Part shown: positions 28,704 through 39,147 of the stretch, piece by piece | Layout: every line of letters begins with the position of its first letter | Numbering within the stretch: the stretch's first letter is position 1 | Assembly: GCA_040776945.1 (NCBI GenBank) | Contig: JAXGZN010000002.1 | Location: 512,001 to 576,000, forward strand | DNA length: 64,000 nt | Source of the DNA: Methanomassiliicoccaceae archaeon | GTDB taxonomy: Archaea; Thermoplasmatota; Thermoplasmata; Methanomassiliicoccales; Methanomassiliicoccaceae | Reading direction: 5' to 3' | Translations under genes and position numbers: made by a program | The notes under the pieces: model-generated | What the model saw: the letters and a program-made list of their open reading frames with translations, nothing else | Told to the model about the DNA's origin: nothing | Database searches by the model: none

Positions 28704-29664
28704 ACTCCTTGGTGCCCATCCGGCCGCCCGCATCGAAGGTTCTCACCCCGATCTCTAGGGCCTCAGTGACCGTTCTCTCGATCCTCTCCGCCCGCGCCGG
28801 CATGCCCAGATAATCGAGCATCATCGCCGCGGAAAGGATCGCCGCCACCGGGTTCGCGCGGTCCTGACCCGCAATGTCTGGCGCGGAGCCGTGCGTTGGC
28901 TCGAACAGGGCGAACCCGTCGCCCATGTTCACCGAGGGTGCGAAGCCCAGCCCGCCGGTCAGCGCGGCGGCCTCGTCCGATAGGATATCCCCATAAAGGT
29001 TCAAGGTGATCAAGCACTCCAACTTTTCGGGCTGCTGCACCATGGCCGCTGCCGCGGCATCGACCAATAGCTCCTTGGCTTCGAGCCCTGAGCCCGCGAC
29101 CCTCTCCCGGAAGATCTCCCGGAACATCCCGTCAGACCTCCGCAGGACATTGCTCTTGTGAACGCAGGTTATGCTTCTGCGTCCTTCGCCAAGGCAGATC
29201 TCGATGCCCTTATCCACGATTCGCCGGCAGGCCCGGCGGGTTATCTTCCGCTCGGTGATCACGCCGTCCTCGACCTCCCGCTCGACCCCGGTGTACATCC
29301 CTTCGGTGTTCTCCCGCACGATGACGACGTCAAGGTCGACCAGGCCAACGGTGCGATGCCATCGGCGCACCGGACGTATGTTGGCAAAGAGGTCGAACGC
29401 CTTCCTCAGGTGCAGAAGCGGAGAACGGTATGAGGGATCGTAGGCCACCGGGGAGGTGATCGCTCCGAAGAGGGCGGCGTCGCTTTCCTCCAAGAGGTCC
29501 AAGGTCTCCTGAGGCAGATATGAGCCAGTTCTTTGAAAGCAGGCAAGGCCCATCCCTGCCTCCATGATCTCTATGTCCGCGTCCACCGCCCTTACGGCCT
29601 CAAGCGCTGAGGCGATGACCTCCGGCCCGATGCCGTCCCCGCGGATTACGGTGACCCGCTTCAT
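28666..29664 (-). CDS. Isocitrate/isopropylmalate/homoisocitrate dehydrogenase family
   Basis: GDGIGPEV, RENTEGMY, HKSNV, NLYGDILSD, FEPTHGSAPDIAG. Confidence 0.9.
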   Translation of the reverse strand: MKRVTVIRGDGIGPEVIASALEAVRAVDADIEIMEAGMGLACFQRTGSYLPQETLDLLEESDAALFGAITSPVAYDPSYRSPLLHLRKAFDLFANIRPVRRWHRTVGLVDLDVVIVRENTEGMYTGVEREVEDGVITERKITRRACRRIVDKGIEICLGEGRRSITCVHKSNVLRRSDGMFREIFRERVAGSGLEAKELLVDAAAAAMVQQPEKLECLITLNLYGDILSDEAAALTGGLGFAPSVNMGDGFALFEPTHGSAPDIAGQDRANPVAAILSAAMMLDYLGMPARAERIERTVTEALEIGVRTFDAGGRMGTKEFTKGFLEVLDTV

Positions 29665-30608
29665 CGGGCATCCAGCCTCTCTAGGAGGCTTGCCACAATG
29701 AACGGCAGGGTGATCGTGGCGTCGCCCTCTACCGTAACGTGGTCGGCCCTTTCCTTGACCTTGCCCCAAGAGACCGCCTCGCGGACCTGGGCCCCTGATA
29801 GCGAACCGTCATACTCCGCCGCGGTGGTCAGGTAGACAGCACGGTCCAGACCGCCGCGGAACTGGTTCCACCATATCGTGTGGTGCTTGGAGATGCCTCC
29901 GCCTATCATGAGGGCCCCGCTCTCCTTGGCGTCAAAGACCAGGTCCATGAGGTCCTGCTCATCTTGGAAGAGGTCCAACTTGAACTTGCGATGGTCCTGC
30001 CAGTACATCCACAACTGGCTTCCGAAGGACCCGTCGGTTATCCCCGGGACGAACACCGGGACCTTGTTGCGGTGGCACCAATGTACAAGAGAGCGCTCAT
30101 CATCGATCCGCGATCCAACCTCGTCCACTATCTCGCGCGTGGAGATCGAATCTCGGTCCCTGAGGATCTCCTTGAACATGGGCTGAAGCTTCCTCTCGAG
30201 CACGATGCCGTAGCTGGTATTGGGTACCAGAACGTTGCCAAGACGGTTCAAACCCTCACGATGCAGCTTAACGTCGTCCATGTGGAAATCGCCATGATAA
30301 TAGCTCTTCCAGGTCCTCGCGAGATCATGGTCCAAGGTGCCACAGGTCGTGATGATGGCATCGATCAGGCCGCGTTTGACCATCTCGACGATGGCCCCCC
30401 TCGTCCCGGTGGCCATGATGCATGCCGGGAACGACAGGAAGGTGGTGCAGCCCTCCTTGCGAACCATCTTTTCCATTATGTCCACGGCCTCTGACAGCTT
30501 CCGTCCGGTAAAGCCGCCGGACTGCCTAAGCTGGACCATTAGAGAATCGACAGTCATTCCCCGCTCGTACTTGATGTCCTTGACCGGTCTCCTGGCCTTC
30601 ATAACCAT
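29661..30608 (-). CDS. dys: Deoxyhypusine synthase
   Basis: NRLGNVLVPN, PGITDGSFG, IGGGISKHH, DGSLSGA..REAVSWGK, EGDAT. Confidence 0.93.
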   Translation of the reverse strand: MVMKARRPVKDIKYERGMTVDSLMVQLRQSGGFTGRKLSEAVDIMEKMVRKEGCTTFLSFPACIMATGTRGAIVEMVKRGLIDAIITTCGTLDHDLARTWKSYYHGDFHMDDVKLHREGLNRLGNVLVPNTSYGIVLERKLQPMFKEILRDRDSISTREIVDEVGSRIDDERSLVHWCHRNKVPVFVPGITDGSFGSQLWMYWQDHRKFKLDLFQDEQDLMDLVFDAKESGALMIGGGISKHHTIWWNQFRGGLDRAVYLTTAAEYDGSLSGAQVREAVSWGKVKERADHVTVEGDATITLPFIVASLLERLDAR

Positions 30609-30659
30609 ATGCTCCGTGAGGGTGAAAAGCAATCCTCTGGACCTAGATATATATTGGCA

Positions 30660-31304
30660 TCAGTCCGAGGCCACTCCTCCCTCCGCGGCCGCAAGAACGG
30701 GGCCCTGCCCGTCCCCCACTGTCCCAAAGGCCCTATCCCACGCTTCCAGCTGCTCGTTGAGCATGCGACGGGTGGCAGCCTCATCGCCGTCATTGTTCAA
30801 TATGCCCCATCCCTTGGAAAGCATGAGCATCTTCTCCCGTGACTTGACCAAAGAAGGCAGGTTCTCGAACATCTCCTGTCTGTCCTCCCTCAGGGCGATC
30901 CTGTGAAGCGCGTTCTCCGGCTCGATGTCCACGAGGAGCAGCCGTTCTGGCAAGGGCAGCACCTTGGAGAATATCTCGTACCCCTGCCGGGCGATCCGCT
31001 TCGGGAGATAGGCGGTGCCCATTATGTAGCGGACGAACACCAGGTCATCATACTTGCAGGGTTCTCTCCTCATCTCCGCCACCGAGCTGAGAACATCGAT
31101 GATATAGAAGGCCGTGGAGAGGGCGAACATCAAGGCACCCTTCCCTTGGAGGGCCCTCCGGGACAATTGTCCGGCCCAACGGTCCGAGGGATGGACCTGC
31201 ACATGAACGCTCTCCCCTCGGGCTTCGTAATAATCCTTGATCCAACCTGCGACCGTGCTCTTACCAGAGCCGTCGAGGCCATCAATAACGATCCATCTCT
31301 TCAC
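30660..31304 (-). CDS. tmk: Thymidylate kinase-like P-loop kinase
   Basis: IVIDGLDGSGKST, VRY, EMFEN. Confidence 0.75.
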   Translation of the reverse strand: MKRWIVIDGLDGSGKSTVAGWIKDYYEARGESVHVQVHPSDRWAGQLSRRALQGKGALMFALSTAFYIIDVLSSVAEMRREPCKYDDLVFVRYIMGTAYLPKRIARQGYEIFSKVLPLPERLLLVDIEPENALHRIALREDRQEMFENLPSLVKSREKMLMLSKGWGILNNDGDEAATRRMLNEQLEAWDRAFGTVGDGQGPVLAAAEGGVASD

Positions 31305-32032
31305 CAGAGACCTCCGGAGAGCATGAACTGGACCGTCACCACGAGACCGGCGGTGAGGAGGGGCACGATCAGATTATCATATGCGCCGGGGGAGAGCATC
31401 TCGACGAAGGCCACGAAACCACCGGAGAGCGCGGCAAGGCCGAAGGCCTGGGCGATAGTGTACGGGAAAACGTTCAGTCCCTGTCTTAAGCTGCCGAGCT
31501 GGGTGTAGAAGGCGATAACCACCAGGGTCGCCAGGAACGTGACCAGCGCTACGGCGCCGGTTCCAGCCCAGCTTTTTTCCCTCCACGATCTCCTTCTCCC
31601 ATATCGCTTTCCGACCAGCCCGCCGATCCCATCGCCATAGGCCATTGCTGCGATGGCAATGCTCGCTGCCAGCCTATCGTTGAAAAGGACCAATGCGAGC
31701 ACGCTCCAGGAGACCGCGTAGAACACCAGCCCGTAGCTATGCCCCTCGGCGCTTGCCTCCTCCAATAAGGAGCCATCGAGCACGCGGACAGGGGAGATCG
31801 GCGATATCAACAACAGAAGCAGGGCGAACGGCGCGGCCGCCAAGAAGGACATGATGAGGCTTGAGTCAAAAGCCCACCAGATAAAGACGATGTTGCCGAC
31901 CAGGATGTGGACGGCCTTCCGGAAAACACCTTTCCCCGGCCATTTCATCCTCGCTCTCGAAGCGATGAGGACCACCAACGACACGTAGGCGTAGACGCTG
32001 ATAAGGCCGAGGAGGTCCCCGATGCTCGCCAT
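31301..32032 (-). CDS. CTP-dependent polyprenol/dolichol/phytol kinase family membrane protein
   Basis: RKAVHI, GDGIGGLVG, KSWAGT, DNLIVP. Confidence 0.85.
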   Translation of the reverse strand: MASIGDLLGLISVYAYVSLVVLIASRARMKWPGKGVFRKAVHILVGNIVFIWWAFDSSLIMSFLAAAPFALLLLLISPISPVRVLDGSLLEEASAEGHSYGLVFYAVSWSVLALVLFNDRLAASIAIAAMAYGDGIGGLVGKRYGRRRSWREKSWAGTGAVALVTFLATLVVIAFYTQLGSLRQGLNVFPYTIAQAFGLAALSGGFVAFVEMLSPGAYDNLIVPLLTAGLVVTVQFMLSGGLW

Positions 32033-32174
32033 GTCGTGTTGGGAACTGCCTGCCCGTAGTTATATCTATTCGGCCACATTCAACCTGCCAGGACCATCTT
32101 GCCATGGCCTTGCGGGGGCAAGTGGGTCAAAAGAGGTAAAATATGGTCCGCGGCATCTCCCGGGCGGTGCTCAA

Positions 32175-33206
32175 TTGATCGACACGGTCGTCCTGGTGGC
32201 CGCGGTGGTGGCGGTGACGCTTTTCTTTGCCTTCACCAATGGCTTCCAGGATGCCAGCGCAACCGTCGCCACGATGATAGCTTGCCATGCGATAACCCCA
32301 CGGGCCGGGGTGATGTATTCGGCCCTGTTCAGCTTTCTGGGGGCCATGCTTGGAGGGAGCGCGGTCGCCTTCACCACCGAGACGCTGGTGAGCGTAAGCG
32401 ATGCCCAGCTCATGGTCCACGTGCTTCTGACCGCTACCTTGGCTGCTGCCGGATGGAACATAATAACCTGGTGGTTCGGTCTTCCATCATCATCTACCCA
32501 TGCGCTCGTTGGCGGCCTGATCGGCAGCGGCATGGCCGGGGCAGGGAGAGGGAGCGTGGATTGGGGGCTGTCCGAGCTCATGGGCGGAGAATTGACCGGC
32601 ATCGCCAAGGTCCTGATGTTCTTGGTCATTTCGGTCGGCATCGGCTTTATCAGCGGCCTCCTGGTAAAGAGGTTCAGCATGATATCGCTCCGCAATTCAA
32701 AGCGGACCGTCAACGGGACCATACGGCACGCTCAGTATCTCACCACCGCTGTTCTGGCCTTTGCGCGCGGGGCCAACGATGGCCAGAAACAGATGGGAAT
32801 AATCGCTATCGCCTTGGCCACTGGAGGCCTCATCACGATGCATCAGATCCCGATATGGGTTCGGGGAGCGGTTGCGATCGCGATCTCCGCAGGCACTATA
32901 GGCGGGGGATGGAAGATAATGAGGACCTTGGGGCGGAAGATATATCCCATCAAACCCATCGATGCTCTCAGTTCACAGATCGCTTCTTCGAGTTCCATAG
33001 TGCTCTCGACCCTCGCGGGGGCCCCGGTCTCCTCGACCCAGGTGGTCGCCTCAAGCGTTATGGGGGTGGGGGCCGGCGAGCGGGTGAAGATGGTCCAATG
33101 GGCCGTCGGAAAGCATATCGTCATCTCTTGGATGCTTACGATACCTGCGTCAGCGCTCCTCTCGGCACTCTTGTTTAATATCCTCGCATATCTCTCAACG
33201 GTCTGA
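32175..33206 (+). CDS. pit: Inorganic phosphate transporter (PiT family)
   Basis: FTNGFQDAS, GLPSSSTHA, GANDGQK, PVSSTQ. Confidence 0.88.
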   Translation: MIDTVVLVAAVVAVTLFFAFTNGFQDASATVATMIACHAITPRAGVMYSALFSFLGAMLGGSAVAFTTETLVSVSDAQLMVHVLLTATLAAAGWNIITWWFGLPSSSTHALVGGLIGSGMAGAGRGSVDWGLSELMGGELTGIAKVLMFLVISVGIGFISGLLVKRFSMISLRNSKRTVNGTIRHAQYLTTAVLAFARGANDGQKQMGIIAIALATGGLITMHQIPIWVRGAVAIAISAGTIGGGWKIMRTLGRKIYPIKPIDALSSQIASSSSIVLSTLAGAPVSSTQVVASSVMGVGAGERVKMVQWAVGKHIVISWMLTIPASALLSALLFNILAYLSTV

Positions 33207-33217
33207 GGGGCCTTAGC

Positions 33218-33862
33218 ATGGATGAAGAATGGAGAAAAGGTAAAGGAGGGCTGCTGGACTCCATATTTCCCAAGAAGTATGATTTCCACGGAATGTTATA
33301 CAGCCAGGCCTCGCTGACCGAGGCAGGGGTGGATGCCCTCAACGAATGGCTGATGCACGGGGACATCACCATGGAGCCGAGCGAGGTCAGGGACATCGAG
33401 CAGCGGGCCGACGATGCCCGAAGGTACATGGAGGGACTGCTGCTCGAGGCCTTTTCCACCCCCTTCGACCGGCAGGACATCTATTCCTTCTCCAGACAGA
33501 TCGACAACATCTTGAACTTCTGCCTAAGCACCGCTCTCGAGATGAGGGCGTTCGGGGTAAGGCCCGACGGCCCGATCATGACCATGACGGCGGCCCTTCA
33601 GCGTGGAACGGAGATGGTCAAGGATGCGGTCCTGATCTTGCCCAAGGACCCCGCCAGAGCACAGGCCATGATAAGAGATATGAGAAGGAAGGTAAGCGAT
33701 ATCGAGAGGACCTATGTCTCTGGGCTCGCTGTCCTTTTCTCTGCAGGCGAGCCGATCGAGGTGATGAAGAAGCGTGAGGTCTACCACCATCTGAAGGACG
33801 CCGGCCGAGCGCTGAGCATCACCATCGATATCCTGCACCGCATAATAGTGGAGCAGGGCTAG
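33218..33862 (+). CDS. DUF47 / PhoU-like Pit accessory protein
   Basis: E.RADD, FSTPFDRQDI; directly downstream of pit. Confidence 0.85.
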   Translation: MDEEWRKGKGGLLDSIFPKKYDFHGMLYSQASLTEAGVDALNEWLMHGDITMEPSEVRDIEQRADDARRYMEGLLLEAFSTPFDRQDIYSFSRQIDNILNFCLSTALEMRAFGVRPDGPIMTMTAALQRGTEMVKDAVLILPKDPARAQAMIRDMRRKVSDIERTYVSGLAVLFSAGEPIEVMKKREVYHHLKDAGRALSITIDILHRIIVEQG

Positions 33863-34023
33863 GCCAGCCATTCGGCCTTCCGGGGCCAGGACCGCGTTTC
33901 GAAAAGTGATAATCGCTCGATCAATAACGAATAGCCAGCATCGGACCGGGCCTGGTTCGCATTTCAAGAATCAATATATAGGTGAATCCTAATTTAGCCC
34001 CAAAACCTGAAGAGGTTCTGATT

Positions 34024-36207
34024 ATGGCTATTGAAATCGACGCCTGGGTATATCTGATACCAGTTGCTGGCGTAATTGGCCTTTTAGTCGCGCTCCTCCT
34101 GACCCGTACGATATTCAGGAAGGACCAGGGCACCCCCGACATGCAAGCCATCGGAGATGCCATTCGCGAAGGGGCCATGGCCTATTTGGCCCGCCAGTAT
34201 AAAACGATCGCGATCATCAGCGTGATATTAGGAATTATCATCGCTATCGGGCTAAGGTACGAGGTCGGCATCGCCTTCCTTCTTGGAGCCTTCTTCTCCG
34301 CCCTGTCCGGCTACATCGGCATGTACGTGTCGGTGAAGAGCAACATACGGACCGCAAGCGCGGCGAGGAGGACCCTGAACGAAGCGCTCCAGATCTCTTT
34401 CCGCGGCGGCGCCGTATCCGGCATCGCCGTCGTTGCCCTCAGCCTTCTGGGCGTAGCGGGCATCTTCTTCGTGTACCTGTTCTACATAGTTGCTGAGCCG
34501 ACCTCTGCCCCGATCGGGTACAACCTGGAGTCCTGGCACGTCGTGGAGACCTTGAACCTGGCAGTGGGCTATGCCTTCGGCGCGTCCTTCGCGGCCCTGT
34601 TCGCCCAACTGGGCGGCGGTATCTACACGAAGGCCGCCGATGTGGGCGCTGACCTTGTGGGCAAGGTCGAGGCCGGTATACCCGAGGACGACCCCCGGAA
34701 CCCCGCGGTCATCGCTGATCTGGTCGGGGACAATGTCGGCGACTGCGCTGGACGTGGCGCCGACCTGTTCGAGTCAACGGCGGCCGAGAACATCGGCGCC
34801 ATGATCCTGGGCGCCGCCATCTTCGGGCTCACTGGCAACATAGACTGGGTGTTCTTCCCCCTCGTCGTCCGTGCCTTCGGCCTGCTCGCCTCCCTCATCG
34901 GCATCATGCTGGTCAAGCTGAAGAGCGAGGATGAGGAGCCGATGAAGGCCTTGAACCGCGGATACTATGTGTCGGCCATACTCGGTGCGATAGGCTTCTA
35001 CTTCATCTCCCAGGAGATGCTCGGCGCGTGGCAGTTCTTCGCCTGCGGCATCATCGGCATCGTCCTGTCGATAGCCATAGTGTACATCACCCAGTACTAT
35101 ACCGCGGGTGAGTACAGGCCCGTGCGGGAGATAGCCAAGGCGTCAGAGACCGGCCCGGCCACTAACATAATCACTGGTTTCTCCATCGGTCTGGAGACCA
35201 CTGCGATGCCCATCATCGCCATAGCGCTCTCCCTGCTGGCCGCTTATTTCCTTGGACAGGATGCCGTGCACACCGTCATGCCTGCGAGCGCTGTTGATGA
35301 CAACGCCATGTTCATCTTCGGCCTGTTCGGCACCGCCGTCGCCACCATGGGCATGCTGGCCACCGCCGCGTTCGTTCTGGCGATGGACACCTTCGGGCCC
35401 ATAACCGACAATGCGGGCGGCATCTGCGAGATGTCCCAGCAGCCTGAGGAGATACGCGAGCGGACCGACCGCCTTGACGCTGTCGGCAACACCACCAAGG
35501 CGCTTACAAAGGGTTACGCCATGGGCTCCGCGGCGCTGGCGGCCTATCTGCTGTTCGCCGCTTACTTCCAGGAGATAGCCACAAAGCTTAACCAGCCCCT
35601 CCTTGATGTCTTCAAGGTCGACATCGCCCAGCCGCCGGTGTTCGTCGCCGCTCTGATCGGTGCCATGCTGGTCTTCCTGTTCTCCTCCCTGGCCATACGT
35701 GCGGTGGGCAAGGCCGCCTATGACATGATCAACGAGGTCAGAAGGCAGTTCAGAGAGAAGCCGGGCATACTGGCGGGAACGGACAAGCCCGATTACGCGC
35801 AGTGCGTCGACATCTCGACCAAGGGCGCCCTCAAGGCCATGATCCTGCCGGCGCTGCTGCCGGTCCTGGTGCCCATAGCGCTCGGTCTGATCTGGCGCTA
35901 TGCATACCCCGACGCGGTCAACCAGATCGCGGCCCAGTCGGTCGGCGCGTTCCTGATGGTCGCGACCATCGCCGGTATCCTGATGGCCACCGTGCTCAAC
36001 AACGGGGGCGGCGCATGGGACAACGCCAAGAAGTACATCGAGACCGGGCACCACGGCGGGAAGAAGAGCCCTGCTCACGCCGCCGCGGTCGTCGGGGACA
36101 CCGTCGGAGATCCGTTCAAGGACACCGCCGGTCCGTCCCTTCACGTGCTGGTGAAGCTTCTCTCCACCATCACCCTGGTCTTCGCCGGGCTGTTCATCGT
36201 CATGTAG
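34024..36207 (+). CDS. hppA: Membrane-bound pyrophosphatase, probably K+-independent H+-pumping
   Basis: GGGIYTKAADVGADLVGKVEAGIPEDD, DNAGG, GNTTK (Lys at the K+-determinant position), GDTVGDPFKD. Confidence 0.93.
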   Translation: MAIEIDAWVYLIPVAGVIGLLVALLLTRTIFRKDQGTPDMQAIGDAIREGAMAYLARQYKTIAIISVILGIIIAIGLRYEVGIAFLLGAFFSALSGYIGMYVSVKSNIRTASAARRTLNEALQISFRGGAVSGIAVVALSLLGVAGIFFVYLFYIVAEPTSAPIGYNLESWHVVETLNLAVGYAFGASFAALFAQLGGGIYTKAADVGADLVGKVEAGIPEDDPRNPAVIADLVGDNVGDCAGRGADLFESTAAENIGAMILGAAIFGLTGNIDWVFFPLVVRAFGLLASLIGIMLVKLKSEDEEPMKALNRGYYVSAILGAIGFYFISQEMLGAWQFFACGIIGIVLSIAIVYITQYYTAGEYRPVREIAKASETGPATNIITGFSIGLETTAMPIIAIALSLLAAYFLGQDAVHTVMPASAVDDNAMFIFGLFGTAVATMGMLATAAFVLAMDTFGPITDNAGGICEMSQQPEEIRERTDRLDAVGNTTKALTKGYAMGSAALAAYLLFAAYFQEIATKLNQPLLDVFKVDIAQPPVFVAALIGAMLVFLFSSLAIRAVGKAAYDMINEVRRQFREKPGILAGTDKPDYAQCVDISTKGALKAMILPALLPVLVPIALGLIWRYAYPDAVNQIAAQSVGAFLMVATIAGILMATVLNNGGGAWDNAKKYIETGHHGGKKSPAHAAAVVGDTVGDPFKDTAGPSLHVLVKLLSTITLVFAGLFIVM

Positions 36208-36327
36208 GCGATGGATGCCAAACTCTTTCCCTTTTCATTTCATCCAGCATCTTTTTGATATATATCGAGAAACCTCAGCTTTATATATGAGTTGACTTAT
36301 CCCACAATCATCGTTCGAGGCCACGCT

Positions 36328-36894
36328 ATGTATCTATTGACAACGAAGGAGAAGGTCGTCCGCATTCCGCCGGAGCGTTTGGGCGAGGACCTCACTGACG
36401 TTATTAATCAATTGAGCTGGGAGTCCTTCGAGGGCAAGATCGAGGGCTCCGACTCGCTAACTCTGTTGGTTTCCCACGTCGAACCGGTAGGCCAGGGACG
36501 CATCGTCCATGGTGACGGCGCCATCTATCAAAAGGTCAAGTTCGATAGTCTCGTCTTCCGCCCGCAGCTGCAGGAGATTATTGAGGGGACCGTCGTAGAG
36601 GTGCTGAAGTTCGGCGCTTTTGTAAGGTTCGGCCCGCTTGACGGACTCCTTCACATCAGCCAGATAATGGATGACCGCATCGATATCGACGCTGACAACG
36701 GCAGGCTCCTTGGAAAGGACACCAAGCGCGATCTGAAGATCGGCGACAAGGTGCGTGCCCGCATAGTTGCCCTAAGCCTCAATGAGAGGAGCCCCCGAGA
36801 GTCCAAGATCGGCCTCACGATGAGGCAGCCCGGTCTCGGCAAGATCGAATGGATCGAAGAAGAAAGGAAGAAGACTAGCGGAGGCGCCACATGA
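36328..36894 (+). CDS. rpoE1: DNA-directed RNA polymerase subunit E' (Rpo7)
   Basis: VRIPP, GRIVHGDG, S1 domain FGAFVRFGPLDGLLHISQ, KIGLTMRQPGLG. Confidence 0.95.
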   Translation: MYLLTTKEKVVRIPPERLGEDLTDVINQLSWESFEGKIEGSDSLTLLVSHVEPVGQGRIVHGDGAIYQKVKFDSLVFRPQLQEIIEGTVVEVLKFGAFVRFGPLDGLLHISQIMDDRIDIDADNGRLLGKDTKRDLKIGDKVRARIVALSLNERSPRESKIGLTMRQPGLGKIEWIEEERKKTSGGAT

Positions 36895-37076
36895 AGCTCC
36901 AGAAGGCGTGCAAGCATTGCAGCTTTATCAGCGAGGGGGATACCTGCCCCCTTTGCAGCAATCCCACTTCCAGGGACTGGCAGGGCTACGTCATAATCGT
37001 GGACCATACCCGGTCGGAGATCGCGAAGCGGATGGGGATAAATGTCAACGGAAAGTTCGCCCTCAAGGTACGCTGA
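36891..37076 (+). CDS. spt4: Transcription elongation factor Spt4 (RpoE'')
   Basis: KACKHC..CPLC, DWQGYVII, GKFALKVR. Confidence 0.95.
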   Translation: MKLQKACKHCSFISEGDTCPLCSNPTSRDWQGYVIIVDHTRSEIAKRMGINVNGKFALKVR

Positions 37077-37599
37077 ACTGCGGTGCCCCCGCAGAGGTTG
37101 GCGGTTACCTGAGAGCATGAGGGAGCAGCTTGCCGCCGGTCTTGGTAAGATGATCTCGTTAGCGGACCTGATCGCCGAGCATAAGGCATGCCGTTCCCTC
37201 ATAGCCGTAGGCGACATGGTATCGTTCACTCTGCTGGACAGCGGCATCGAACCGGACCTCGTCATCTATGACCTCAAGACCGAGCGCAGGCCGTACACCT
37301 CTCTTGCGGCCAAGCTCGCTCAGATGAAAGGGATAGATGCCAAGGTCGAGAACCCGGCAGGGCAGATAACGAACGAGCTGGTGCGGGAGATCGCATCGGC
37401 ACTTGAAAGGAACGTTCCAACGAAGCTCTTTGTCGAGGGCGAGGAGGACCTGGCAGCGCTGGCCTGCGTGGCCATGGCCCCTCTGGGCTCTTGCCTGGTA
37501 TATGGCGTGCCCGGAAAGGGCATGGCCATGATCAGGGTCGATCAAGAGGCCGTACGCCAGGCCAGATCTATGATAGACTCTATGGAGGAATTGAACTGA
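37042..37599 (+). CDS. DUF359 GTP-dependent dephospho-CoA kinase
   Basis: VGD, D.KTER, NPAGQIT, VEGEEDLA, YGVPGKG; conserved operon position. Confidence 0.88.
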   Translation: MSTESSPSRYAELRCPRRGWRLPESMREQLAAGLGKMISLADLIAEHKACRSLIAVGDMVSFTLLDSGIEPDLVIYDLKTERRPYTSLAAKLAQMKGIDAKVENPAGQITNELVREIASALERNVPTKLFVEGEEDLAALACVAMAPLGSCLVYGVPGKGMAMIRVDQEAVRQARSMIDSMEELN

Positions 37600-37925
37600 A
37601 GCTAGATATCGTCAGCAAGTACGAGAACAAGACCATGGACAGGTTCGAGGTCAAGTTCAGGACCGAGCATGCCGGAGAGGCGTCTCCAAACCGCGACGCC
37701 GTGCGCACCGCTCTGGCCGGGGCCATGGGAGTACAGAAGGAAAGGATCGTCGTCCACAGCATGGCCTCGGAGTACGGCACCGGCGCCAGCGGCGGGGAGG
37801 CCAACATATACAGCTCCGCCGAGAGCGCAAAGAAGCATGAGAAGAACTATATCCTGGTCCGCAACGGCCTGGCCGAGAAGAAGGCCAAGAAGCCTAAGAC
37901 CGTGGCCACCAAGAAGTCGAGGTGA
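37596..37925 (+). CDS. rps24e: 30S ribosomal protein S24e (apparent CTG start)
   Basis: (M)KLDIVSKYENKTMDRFEV..SPNRDAVR..EKNYILVRN; GGAGG SD 7 nt upstream of the CTG. Confidence 0.9.
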   Translation: MKLDIVSKYENKTMDRFEVKFRTEHAGEASPNRDAVRTALAGAMGVQKERIVVHSMASEYGTGASGGEANIYSSAESAKKHEKNYILVRNGLAEKKAKKPKTVATKKSR

Positions 37926-37930
37926 TCTAG

Positions 37931-38179
37931 ATGGCGAAGGATGCTGGAGACAAGAAGTCCGACGGAAAGAAGGACGCCGGCAAGGGCGCGGCCAAGAAGG
38001 GCGGGGCAGCAAAGAGCGAATCCACGTCCAAGAAGGACAAGTATTCGGTGGAGGGCGGCAAGCTCGAGCGAAAGGGCAGGAACTGTCCGAAATGCGGCCC
38101 TGGAGTGTTCCTCGGAGAGCACAAGGACCGGAACTCCTGCGGCAAGTGCGGCTATACCGAGTTCAAGGCCAAGAAGTAA
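37931..38179 (+). CDS. rps27ae: 30S ribosomal protein S27ae (eS31) with Lys/Gly/Ala-rich N-terminal extension
   Basis: [27 protein letters not shown]. Confidence 0.95.
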   Translation: MAKDAGDKKSDGKKDAGKGAAKKGGAAKSESTSKKDKYSVEGGKLERKGRNCPKCGPGVFLGEHKDRNSCGKCGYTEFKAKK

Positions 38180-38261
38180 CCCTTTCCAATATTTTCCAAA
38201 TCCCTTATCTTTTCCCGACCGACCGGCAACCTAAATACTGGCAAGATATCGGCGGTAATGA

Positions 38262-39083
38262 ATGCGTTGCGGCTTCATTGGCTATGGGAACATGGGGAGC
38301 GCGTTGGTCAAGGCCCTAATAAGGGACGGCTCGCTCCAAGAGCGGGATGTCGTGGTCCACAATCGTACACCTGAGCGACTGGCTGACCTGGTCCGGGAGC
38401 ATCCCAGGGTTCGGGTCGCAGACTCGCTGTCCAGCATAGCCGGGAACGTCGATGTGCTGTTCATCTGCGTCCACAGCACGGCAGTGCCCGATGTTCTTTC
38501 TAAACTAGGAGGCGCCTTGCATCCGGAGACTCACCTGATCACCATCAATGGTGGGGTGAACATAGCGGACCTGGAGGCGGTGCACGGGGGTCCAGTGAGC
38601 AAGGTCATACCTTCGATCACCATCGGGACCGGCCGGGGGATCGCTCTGATGTCCCATGGAAAGAAGGTCAGCAGGTCCAAGGCCGAGGCGCTCGAGATGC
38701 TCCTTTCCCGCTCCAGCAAGGTCATGGTGCTCCCGGAGGAAAAGATCGGTGCGGCCACTGATATGACCAGCTGTGGCCCGGGCCTAATGGCGTCGATGAT
38801 CTCTCATTTCGCGAGCTCCGGCGCTAGGGCCGGAAGGCTCGATCCAAAGGAGGCCATGGCCTTGACCTTAGAGACGCTGATGGGCACCGCTCTCCTTCTC
38901 TCTGAGAAAGGGGAGACCCCGTCTGAGATCACCGGGCGGGTCGCTACCCCGGGCGGGATCACCGAGCATGGCCTGAAGGTCCTGAACGCAGAGCTGCCAG
39001 CGGTCCTCGACCGCATGTTCGAGGCCACAGGACGAAAGAGGGCGGAGGTCAAGGGCTCGCTTATGGGGGCGGGCCGCCGCTAG
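38262..39083 (+). CDS. proC: Pyrroline-5-carboxylate reductase family (ProC/ComER-like)
   Basis: GFIGYGNMG, TSCGP, VATPGGIT. Confidence 0.8.
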   Translation: MRCGFIGYGNMGSALVKALIRDGSLQERDVVVHNRTPERLADLVREHPRVRVADSLSSIAGNVDVLFICVHSTAVPDVLSKLGGALHPETHLITINGGVNIADLEAVHGGPVSKVIPSITIGTGRGIALMSHGKKVSRSKAEALEMLLSRSSKVMVLPEEKIGAATDMTSCGPGLMASMISHFASSGARAGRLDPKEAMALTLETLMGTALLLSEKGETPSEITGRVATPGGITEHGLKVLNAELPAVLDRMFEATGRKRAEVKGSLMGAGRR

Positions 39084-39147
39084 GGCGCTCTGGAAGGGGC
39101 GTTCAAGCGAGAATATCTTTATTACCACCTTTTCCATCAGATAGCCG

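Noticed and set aside
35143-36144. Long antisense ORFs (also 2062-3264, 3748-4875, 60281-61126)
   Set aside because: Shadow ORFs opposite well-supported genes, expected from GC-rich codon bias.
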